The notes below the pieces were generated by a model, which was given only the letters and a program-made list of their open reading frames with translations, did not search any database and was not told where the DNA came from. Shown here one piece after another: positions 27,002 to 37,746 of a stretch of DNA of 64,000 bases. The stretch's first letter is position 1. Each line of letters begins with the position of its first letter. The position numbers and the translations under genes are program-made. Location: positions 434,001-498,000 of the forward strand of contig LSRY02000046.1 of the NCBI GenBank assembly GCA_001643675.2, written 5' to 3'. This stretch comes from Monocercomonoides exilis PA203 (Eukaryota; Protista; Preaxostyla).

Positions 27002-28082
27002 TGTGAGTCACAACTTTAAGTAACATTCAGAAACTCGTTTTTTTCGGATTTTTTGTAATAGAATGATTTAATATCTAAAATTAAAACATGCTAGAGGTGA
27101 AATTTCCATTTTTAGTATATTTTTATTTCAATGAAAAAAATCAATTTTTCGAAAATATTACGGTTATGATCAAACTAATTTCTAATAATTTGAAATGAAA
27201 TCAACTTTTCTGAAGGATTATTAAATTTTTTTATATGATTAAAAGCTTTCTTTTTTAATTTTATAAAAAGAAAATAACAAAAGTTCTCAATTCATTAAAA
27301 TATTTATTATTTTCATCTTTCGTCTTGCGCAATCATTGAAACATAAGTTTTTTTTTGTGTTAAAAATTGATTTTTCGATTATAACCCTAACCATATGGGT
27401 CATTCTTTTTGAAAAGTCGCAAATGTTTAATATTCAAATAAATCAAAAATTTCATATCTTGATCAAATTTCGGTTCCCGCTCATGAAACTTTACCAAAGC
27501 GGAGGATATAATTTGACAACGCTATTTAACACATTCCTGTGAAGTTGTATGAGCGGGAACCGAAATTTGATCAAGATATGAAATTTTTGATTTATTTGAA
27601 TATTAAACATTTGTGACTTTTCAAAAAGAATCACCCATATTTATAAAATATAGAAAACAAAAATTAAACGCAAACTCAAAACCTAATATTTCGATTCGAG
27701 AGAAAACCCTAATGCAGAACGAAACACTCCAAATTCATTTTCACGAAATTTTAATTCTTAAAAACTCACAAAACAATCATATAAGAACTTCAAATATTTT
27801 TAATTCACTTCATATGAATCGAAAGATTTTTTCTAACAAATTAATTTGTTCCAAACAATAAAATTTCCAAAAATCGTTCAATTTTCAAACAAAAAATTTC
27901 AAAATTACTTTTGATCATAACCATAATATTTTCGAAAAATTGATTTTTTTCATTGAAATAAAAATATACTAAAAATGGAAATTTCACCTCTAGCATGTTT
28001 TAATTTTAGATATTAAATCATTCTATTACAAAAAATCCGAAAAAAACGAGTTTCTGAATGTTACTTAAAGTTGTGATTAACC
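27002..28082. mobile_element. 1.08-kb non-autonomous element with ~170-bp TIRs and 8-bp TSD
   Basis: TGATGGTT duplicated at 26994-27001 and 28083-28090; near-perfect inverted arms 27008-27174 / 27910-28076. Confidence 0.9.
27397..27636. mobile_element. 240-bp MITE (GGGTCATTC-type end), nested
   Basis: ~90-bp near-perfect TIRs; ATAT TSD; same terminus as the 17195-22962 element. Confidence 0.92.
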
Positions 28083-29224
28083 TGATGGTTGTTGAAAATG
28101 AAAAGAAAGATGGAAAGAATGAAAGTTTACTAATTGAACATTGTGAATGCTATATTTTGGTTAACTACACATTTTCGAAGAAAATGTGTTCAATTTGTTA
28201 GCCTCATCTTCTGAAAGTTGCATTGAAAAAAGAGGAAAATGAGGAAACGCAAAAGAAAGTGGAAATAACTTTGATGACACTGAACAATATTGGGTTCATT
28301 AAGGCATGATTTGTTCATTGATTGATTTATAGAATTGCTTTGTTCTTTCGTTGATCTATATGGCGAAATGTTTTGAAAAAAAAATGTATTTGAATGAAAT
28401 CAAAGAGATAATCCAATATCATCAGGAGCATCACAATCTGACTCACATCACCTATCAGTCTGCTTGGCAGTTTTTGATTTATAGAGTGATAAAAGACGAT
28501 AGCTTAGAAGGAATGATTGTGGATGCAATGCATTTTGTGAGAGAAGCAAGAAAAGAATTGGAAGAGCTTGCAAAAAGTGTGGATTGGAAGAGAAAAAAAG
28601 TGGGAAATGGAGAAAAAGAGTTGAAAGAATTGCTTATTATCGAGAGATGGCTCAATGCGATTTATGATCACTTATGCTTTTGCACATCGTGGAGTGAAGA
28701 ATTTGTTGATCTAATTAGCAGAATTGTTCAAGTATTTCGAGCATCAAGAGATAATTACATAGAAATTCATACAAAGTGCATTTATTCTTTCAGAGATGCA
28801 GCAGGTTATAGAAATGTTAAAATTGATGGATTGCTGAGAGGAAGTGCTGTTGGTGCTGTTTTGGAGGAGATTCAGCAGCCAACAATAAATCACGATTTGA
28901 TGTGGAATTGTTTGGTTTTCTTTTTGAATATTTCAGACAGATTGAAAGAAGAAGAGGAGGACGAAAAGGAAGAAGAGGAAAGTAAAATGATGAAAATGGA
29001 GATATATGAATGGATGGAAGAAGAAGGATATGAAAATTGCATTGAGAGTTTTCATAAAATCTTTGACTTTTTGAAGGAACAATTTCATGATGAATTATCG
29101 TTGAATATTTCTGATTATTTTGTGAATGCTTAAGAAAATGAATTGAATTTTGCTTCTCTGAATTTCAATTTTTTTTAATTTTTATTAAAGTTCCATTTCA
29201 TTTATCAGCTAAAAGTTATTAATA

Positions 29225-30270
29225 GATTTTTTCACAGGAAAAACATTTTCTATGGATTGTCAAATTTTTCTGTTTATGATGGAAACGTTTGAGAAGTTTC
29301 TTCAAATTCTGTTTCTTCGATGGCAACACTGCCGAAAACGGCAGAGGAAATGATGTGTTCTTCAATGGCAGCATCATCATTCAATCCCCATTTGAAAATT
29401 GTGGATCAACAACCCAAACAAAAAGAGTGTGGAATAATGGACAAGCAGACAATGAAACTTTCAATGACTGGATCCCTCTCATCGCCCAGAAGAAAATCGT
29501 TTCTAACAGCGGAACTGATGTCGATGCCTGTGGCAGACCCCAACAGACCCCATGCGCCACCATCAAGTATGCCCTCAACGGCTTCATTTCCCTCCTCCAA
29601 GACGCTTCCCTCACCCTCCTCACTTCAACATTTGTTCCAACTCAAACACTCACCTTCAGCGCGGTTGATACCAAAATCACTGGAAATGGCACAGATGCCA
29701 CCACCATCGCCTCCAGTAACATTCACCAATTATCAAACTCATATTCGCAGTCATCACAATCAACATCATCATTTTCATCGTCATCCTCATCAATATCAAC
29801 ATCTTCTTCACCAGATCCATCTGCCTCGTCTGCCCTCTTCCAACAGACCCAGGGCTCCCTTACAGTCTCTGCCCTCGCCATCACCCACAACTCCTCAAAT
29901 CAAATCACCCCCATCCTCTTCCACCTCTCCGATAACTCCCCTTCCCTCAACCTCAACACAACCACCATCACCGGAACAACCCCATCTTCATCATCAATCA
30001 CAACCCCCCTCTTCTTCCTCACTGCTGGCTCCATCGCCCTCAACCACACAGCAATCACCAGTTTCCCCCTCAACAGCCAAAGCATCTTCCACCTCGCCTC
30101 CCTCACAGCTCCCCTCACCCTCAACTCCTCCAACATCACCCACATCACCTCCACTGCCTCCCCCACCAGCTGTGTCCTCTCCTCTGCCACCTCCCCTGAC
30201 CTCTCCATTTCCCCACAAACTGCACCATGACCAACATCAACTCAGCTCCAAAACACCAACAGACTGCCTC
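29225..30270 (+). pseudogene. Surface-protein family fragment (beta-helix-like, S/T-rich)
   Basis: GNTAENGRGNDVFF and VSNSGTDVDACGRPQQTPCATI motifs; no proper start; frameshifted end. Confidence 0.65.
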
Positions 30271-31174
30271 CAATAGATAATGAATATCATTCACCTCTTA
30301 TGCCATTGTCAATACATTTTCGGTGAGCAGAATCTATTTCAGAGAGTGCAGCGTGAACGAATGAAAGAGAAGAACTTTAGAAATTGAGGAGAATGTATAA
30401 TTTGAGAATGGGAAACGTTCATGAAAATAGATGAATTGTGTAATAAAAAAATATTTCAAAATAAAATTTTGTTTTAAGATTTTTGTGGGTTATTTTGAGT
30501 TAATTCACTTATTTCAAAATAACCAAGTTTTATTCAGTGAGACCGTCTAATTTTGAGTTTTCAGAACAACAATGATTTTTTTGCAACTTTTTGATGGAAT
30601 GAAAAATGTCAAACTTTCAAATTTCATTATCCAAATAATGAATAAGCACCATATTTGTGAAATCAATGCTTTAAATCAAATAAATCCTATTATAAAATCT
30701 GAAAGCAATATCAATTCGAATCAAATTACATGAGAATTTTTAATTATTGCAAAGATGGATACATGACAGTTTATTATGATTCAAAGCAAAAACCTTACAA
30801 GAAACAATGAAATTCCCAAAAAGCACAGATTTTTTTTTGTTTATTCACCAATAAAATAAGACAAATGATCAAATGAAATCAACAGCTCAATTTTTTTTTC
30901 AATTCATAAAGATGAAAGCGAGTTTTGATTGCAACGGGTGTAAAAGAAACAAATCTATTATGGTTTAATGAAAAATTAACTGTGCTTGGACTTTTCTTTA
31001 TAATTAGAATGGATTCGATATAAATTTTCAATTACCGCATTACTTAAAACTTTAACGAGATGACCTATTTGAAAAAACAAAGAGTTGTGTGGGTAAATGC
31101 ATTGATCTGTATGCAATGTTTGATAATTTGGTTATCTATAATTTTTTAAAAAATAATTTTATTTATTTTCAGAT

Positions 31175-32394
31175 TGGAAAACTTGATTCATTGGAGATGA
31201 AAATGGAGAAGGGGAGAGTGCGTGTGTGTTTGATTGCACTTTCACTTCATGTTCACTAACAAGCACTGGATGTGGAGGCATATATTGCCAAATACTCCAA
31301 TCACACAATTCAAAATGAGGAGCATTCAATTCATTTCGTGCTCGGCAGTGTCGTGTGGCGGAGAATTGTGTTTCAATCCAAGCCAATCAACACCTCCAAG
31401 CAACAACCTTTATTGTTCTTCTTTTTCCACGATTGCAGTTGCAACGCTTCCCTCCATATGGCCACGATGTGTATTTTGAAGATCGATACAATCTGTTCTC
31501 ATCGAATAACCCGTTCTACGAATCGTACACAACGAATAGCGATGCAAACAGACTATGCCATGCTTATTATTCAGGCGGTTGGAATTATCAGTATACAGAA
31601 AAGAAGGATTGGCTGAAGGAAGGGATGAAGGATCGGTATGTTGGGGTGGGTGGAAGTGACACGAGCAATCTGTGTGGAACGAGCGAGACAACGCCTTGCC
31701 TCCGGTGGGGCATGCAGTGGAGTCGAGCAGGACACAGACAAGATTGATTGTCATCCCAATGGAAGGAGATCACAAAAGCGAAGAAACAACAATTGAGATT
31801 AAATCAATAAAGGTTTCAGTCATTGGTGCAGGCAAAGAGAAGAGTTCAATTGGAACAGGAGCACTTTCTTCAGCAGAGACTCTGTTCAGTGTGACAACAG
31901 GTCACCTTGGTTTATTGCACATGAAGGTTGACTGCAACTCAAATGCAAATCCTTCTTCGCCGAGTGTGGTTGTGGTGTCTGATGGAGGTGGTTCGCTCTC
32001 GTTGGAGGATGTTGTGATCACCACCAGTGTTTCTTCAGGAGACTATGTGATGTCTTCGTCAGTGTTTGTAGTGCAGTTGTCGCAGCTATCAATGGTTGGT
32101 GTGGAGATCATATTAAAGAATATTTCAAAATCATTGTTCTCTGAGCTTGATCTTTCTTTTTCATTCTCTTCATCTGTATTGTTCTTATCGTTGATAATAT
32201 TGGGAGATAGCGTGCTGGAGAATGTTAAGGCGAAGAATGTGAAGCCTATGGGCGGAGATGGGGTGGTTGCAGCAAAGGCAGTGGAAGCAGGAAAGTCATT
32301 TGCAATGCGGAGCACAAGAACAAAGGAGGGGCAGAATTTATGTGCATTGGAGAGAGGCGATTCTGCTATAAATTTTTGTCTTTTTAATTTTTGA
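31175..32394 (+). pseudogene. Surface-protein family fragment with frameshifts
   Basis: YGHDVYF and YVGVGGSDTSNLCGTSETTPC motifs spread over several frames. Confidence 0.65.
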
Positions 32395-33592
32395 TGTTAT
32401 TTGATTTGAATAGAGAAAGAAATAGACCACAAAAAATTCTTTTTTTTCTGATTTGAAGTAACTCAATTGATCAACTAAAAACTGTGAAAATCTCTACTGT
32501 TATACTCGATAATTTTTTGTTAACGCATGGAGCAGAACTATTTTGTTAAATTTTTTTTATTTAAAATTAAATAGAAGAAAGAAATTTTATGGTACTACAT
32601 TATTAATCAAAAATGAGGCTTTATTAAGAAATATATTTATGATCTTCAAAAATTTTTTGTTAAACAGAATAACATATAACAATGAAATCAATTTTTACTT
32701 AAAAATTTTATTTTCACGGTATATATATGAATAATATTAGAAAGAATAAATGTCAAAAATACTCTCAAAAAATAAGCAACCATGAAATGAAAAATTATTT
32801 TATAAAGCGCAGCAATATTTCAATATTGATTACATATCAAAATAAACGTAGTTATTCAAAGGACTGATGTTGAAATAAAGAAAATTAAAAAGAAGGCAAA
32901 TTCTTTCCAATAAACGAGTAAACAGTTTTTAATTTCATTGTTTCGAATGAAACTGCAAAAAACAAATTTTTTACCTCATGCATGTTTCTTTTGATGCTTT
33001 TCAAAACGATGAAAATGACTAAATAATTAAAAAATAATTTGTTATGTGATACTGAAGATCAACTATTGTGTTTTTGTGTCAGAATACAGACAACAAAAAA
33101 ATTAAACAACCAAAAAAGAGAATGACAAATAATTGCAACAAGACAGAAAAAATAATAAAAGTTTTTATGTGTATAATCAATAAGACTGACTTTTTTTCAA
33201 AAGAATTAGTAAAACTCAAAAAACCATCGAAAAACTCGAAATTTGTGGGTTATTGCAAAATAACTTGATTATATCAAAATTGGCATATTCACAAATAAAG
33301 GGGCAGATTTTATCTTACAAAGTATTTTTATTATTTTTTTGTGTTAAAACTCAAAAATAAACATTGCAAAAATAGATTGGTTTAGGTTTTAGGGTTAGCG
33401 TTTCAGATCTTGGGTTTAGGGTTATGTTCCCGCTCTTCTATTTAGGGTTAGCACTCAAATAAACTTGATCTTTTTTGGATTTTTAGGGTTAAAGTTAAGC
33501 CAGGTTTAAGTTGAGTCAAAATGAAATGAAAGAACTTAAACGTTGTGTTATTGTCAATAGCAATTGTTTTTATCAACCTCTTTTTATCAAGT

Positions 33593-33846
33593 GGGTTATA
33601 ATTTTTGAAAAGTCGCAACTGTTTAATATCTGGGTTAAATAAAAATATTCGTAATTAGATCATTTTTTTTCAATTTATTCATCAAACTATTTTAATATGC
33701 AAATATAAAAATTCAAACCTATTTGATGAAAGAACATTTTCATGGCAGAGAAGCTTGATGAATTTCTTGCAAAAAATGATCTAATTATGAATATTTTTAT
33801 TTAACCCAGATATTAAACAGTTGCGACTTTTCAAAAATTATAACCC
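33593..33846. mobile_element. 254-bp MITE (GGGTTATAA-type end)
   Basis: ~75-bp near-perfect TIRs; 4-bp TSD AAGT at 33589-33592 and 33847-33850. Confidence 0.92.
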
Positions 33847-33986
33847 AAGTACTAAAACAAAAAAGTCAAAGATAAAACGTTTTGATTCATTCACGATGAA
33901 TTAAATCAAAAGTGGGACAAGGGGATCACAAAAAAATTACCAAATAATGTATTCTTTCGATCTATTTTTTCTATCTTATTCTGAAA

Positions 33987-36015
33987 ATGAGTCAATCAAA
34001 TTTTTTGGAAATTTTAACTCACGTTGAAGAAAGAAATGTTCTTCCGAAAATTACTCACCAAAAAGAGGAAGAAAAGAAACTGTCATTGATCGAAAACGCA
34101 TTGTTCAAATTCACTAACAAAGATTTGGGCTTTTTCAGAATGACTGGTTTCACAAAGAGTGAGTTTGACCTTCTTGTTCGTCTGGTTCAACCTGAGATAT
34201 ACCCTCATCCGGGTAAACGCAGAGTTATTGAAAAATTGGACGATCAGTTATTCTTGTTGATAAATTTTTTTCCTTTTGGATCGCCAACAGTTTCTCATCT
34301 CATCAAATCACCTTTTCTTAAAACGCAAGATGCAACTCTCAGATTTATACATTCGATCTTGCAATCCGTCAAAGTTTCTTTATCTGATGTGTTTCTCATG
34401 TTTGGACCTTACAGAATTCGTGGAATGAAGGAGGTGGCACTTGTTTTGGACTGTACAGTTTTGCCGGAAAACAAAACAGGAAAAGAATTTAATTGTGGAA
34501 GCGATTGTTTCAGTGGAAAGTACAAAATTTATTGTGTAAAAGTTGAAGTGGGAGTGAATCCAAAAACAGGAACTGCAAGTACAGTCAGCAAGGTTCATGG
34601 TGGAGCAGTTCACGACTATGTCGTGTTTCGTGAGCATTACTCTCAGTTCGCAGCACATTTGGAAGGAGGAAAAATCACGGCAGATTCGGCTTATATTGGT
34701 GCTACAATTGAATTAGGAACAATAATTACCAAACCTGTTTGGACACCAGAGCTTGCAGCACATAGAGTTATCGTCAAACGCTTTTTTGGTCGTTTGAAAA
34801 CATTAATTACAATATTTCGTCGACCTTGGCCCTTAAAAATTTCTTCAATTGCTGAATACTTTTACGTTGCGAGCTGTTTTACAAATAATCACATACTGCA
34901 AAACCTATTATCGGAGGCAGATTTCGAGGCTCATCAACTTTTCCTCTCTGATCTAATTACAAAAGTTGAGCAAAAAAGACAGAAAAAAGAATTGGCAAAT
35001 GAAAAATATAGAGCCAGATTACTTAATCGATTGAACCCAAGTTCAACTCCAACTTCAAGTGTAACATCTTTACATGCACTTGAAGATAGTTTGAATTTTC
35101 ATATTTTAGCCATATTGACTTTATTTATATTAACAATTAAGTTTTTATTTTTTTAACGTACCATATTAATATTTTTATTCAGCTGATGCAACAAATGAAC
35201 ATCAAACACAGATCAAAGAGAAAAAAGGCAAAAGCAGCGGAGATCAGAAAGTTGTTTTAGCAATGAATGAAGATACTCGAATTTCATCGATTTCTGAAAG
35301 AGATGAAGGTTTTGTTTCCAATGATAATGAATGTTCTTTTAAATGGCTGCTTCCTAATCAATGGAAGTCTGCCAAGCAACTTTTTTCTTCATATAATTCT
35401 TCTTTTTAAACTGCAGCATCAGCTAATTCTTCTTCTGTTCTATTCCCACCTATACAAAACCTTTATTCTTCTTCAAATGAAACCTCATCTTCATCAACAA
35501 CTCAACCAGCTTCATCTGCATCTCCACAACCTCCAACAACAATTCTTATTTCGGATCAAACAACACCTTCTCATTCATCTGAGTTGCAATCATCACAAGA
35601 AACATTTATGAATGAAGGAGTAATTTCCACTAATACCTCTCATTTAACTTCTTCTCCGACTTCAATTTTTTCTCAACCATCAACGTCAAGTTCAATTGAA
35701 ACTCATCCAAGTTTTCATTCGTCTCAACCAACATTGGGAAAACAAAAACCTTCAAGTTTATTATCACAACCACGATCTCTCAATCTGGAACAATTAATGC
35801 CTTCAAAGAAAATTCACTGTCATCATTCCTCCATCCATCCTCCTTCTTCCACTCAGTTTATTCAAACAGAACACAACCAGAGTCCTGATAACGATTGTTT
35901 GTGTATTGCAAAAGCACCAGCAAAATCCTGCAAAAATCAAAAAGTGCCCAGTTCTAAACAATACCAACACAAGCGAACTGTTCTCGAGTATCTTTTAAAT
36001 GTTAACAGTTCTTAA
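33987..36015 (+). mobile_element. PIF/Harbinger/ISL2EU-type (DDE_Tnp_4) transposase, probably inactive
   Basis: FFRMTGFTKSEF (HTH region), LVLDCT (D1), FSGKYK, HGGAVHD, TADSAYIG (D2), HRVIVKRFFGRLK (E replaced by K). Probable intron ~35079-35181, then a Ser-rich tail with a stop. Element ends not found. Confidence 0.85.
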
Positions 36016-36699
36016 ATAATTGTCCTTAATATATTTTTCATCGGAATTAGTATCTTTTCATGAATATTTTTATTAATTGCGTTTGTTTTTTCTCCAAAAG
36101 TTTTCCCATCTCCTTTTTGAATATTTTTCATCAATTATTTAACATAATAAACAACTAACAATTATTTTAAGAAACGATTTTTGTTAGAAAAAATCACTTT
36201 AAAAAATAGAACTTTATTGCACGTTTGGGACCAAAAATGATACGAAAAAAAACGTTATTAGTGATATTCAACGCAAAAGTTTCTTTATAAGTAAAAAACA
36301 TTGCTGTGAATCTCTGTTTCGCAGATACTTTCATTAAAAAAGCAAATTCACTTTGAACTTCCGATGTAGGTTATATTTTCTTCATTGATAAGTCGAAAAA
36401 ATGATAATGTTAAAAAATCGCAAGATCTGAAAAAAGTTGAGCATAATGATCATGAATAAACATTCAAAATTCAATAACACAAAACATATCTTCATGCTGC
36501 ATATATTTGAAACGTTATTTATTAGATATGGAAAAAAAAATATATGATCAACAAACATCATTTTCAAAAATCTGCGATACGGCCCGTCATGATAAAACCA
36601 CAACCGTTTTGAATTTATCACGACGAAACAGTGAGATCTAAATTGATTTAACGTTCACAATACGTTATTATATGGCCATATCGTTTTGGTTCTTAAGAT

Positions 36700-36797
36700 G
36701 GGCTTTGGTTCGAGTAGCGCAAGCGGTAGCTTCCTCGACCATTGATATTCCGTTGGTTAAAGGTCGGGTGTTTGACTCCTGACAAAGCTCTTTTTTT
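36700..36797 (+). ncRNA. Candidate Pol III small RNA, vault/Y-RNA-like or tRNA-derived
   Basis: GC-rich island. Terminal stem GGGCTTTG/CAAAGCTC; box A TAGCGCAAGCGG; box B-like GTTTGACTCC; T7 terminator; TATA-like sequence near -30; no valid cloverleaf. Confidence 0.65.
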
Positions 36798-37279
36798 CTG
36801 TGTTTTTCATTATTTTTTTCATTGAAATTTTTTTGCCCCTTTCTCTGTGAATATACATCAATATTTTTCTAATATTTCAAATATTTCACATTTCATCTGA
36901 TACGAATATTGTCACTTTTTCGAATTTGAATTATTTTTCTTCGAAAATTAAATGTTAATCCCGAATTTGAATTATTTATTTTAGAAATAGAATTATTTTT
37001 GGTGTATAAAATAAATAGAAAAACGAATAATCGATTTCAGATAACTCATCAAATCACTGGGCAATGTCAAAATCGAGTTATTTTCCGAAGAAAATCAAAT
37101 AATTGAAAGTCAAGGATTGCATTATTCACCAAAAAATCATTGATAACAATTCAAATACACAAATAAATCTGAAATAAAACAGAACCTCAATTACAGTCAA
37201 GGAAACTAAAGAAAATAATCTGATTTCTTGATCTTTGATAGCACAGATAACAGACAAATATTGGATTGCTGGTCCATCG

Positions 37280-37350
37280 AAAATAAAATAAAATAAAATA
37301 AAATAAAATAAAATAAAAATCAAAAAAATAAAAATAAAAATAAAAATAAA
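37280..37350. repeat. (AAAAT)n / (AAAAAT)n microsatellite
   Basis: Tandem pentamer and hexamer units. Confidence 0.85.
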
Positions 37351-37746
37351 AAACAGAATAAATAAATGATTAAATAAATAAACTTTATAACTCCTCTGTG
37401 CAGTTTGTTGTTTCTCTTATACAATTAAAAAATTAATCTCAACAACTAAACATATATAGCAATAGATATGGAAAAAATAGCGAAATTAATGAAGATAATA
37501 ATTTCTTTGAATGTGCATTAATAATGATCTGAATTTCAAAACTATATTAATTAGCAAAAATATTTCAATGCTAATATAAACTTATCTTCAAAAAAATACA
37601 TATAAAAAGAAACATATTCAATGTCTGTATTTTAATGGATCATGATTTGTGACTTCCATGTGGCTTAATGGCAGTTCTCCGTCAATAACATCAGTAACAG
37701 AAATAATAGCTCGTTCATAAAAAAAACTAAATATCAACAATACCTG

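Larger units (their letters stand above)
26696..29133 (+). pseudogene. Paralog of the 7720-9131 gene, interrupted by a transposon
   Basis: KRVGKMMV|insertion|VENEKKDGKNESLLIEHCECY aligns to KRRIEKMIFDEDKKKIDVKNEKLLVDLCECY; in-frame TAG near 28199; 3' exon nearly identical to 7720-8463. Confidence 0.8.

Noticed and set aside
33380-33500. True telomere or chromosome fusion site
   Set aside because: Motifs are spaced rather than tandem and all in one orientation
33401-36432. TTTCAGATCTTG / CAAGATCTGAAA as TIRs of the DDE_Tnp_4 element
   Set aside because: The 12-bp match does not extend and has no TSD
36700-36790. Functional tRNA gene
   Set aside because: Extra 7 nt before the D-arm, no canonical 7-nt anticodon loop with U33, and a disrupted T-stem
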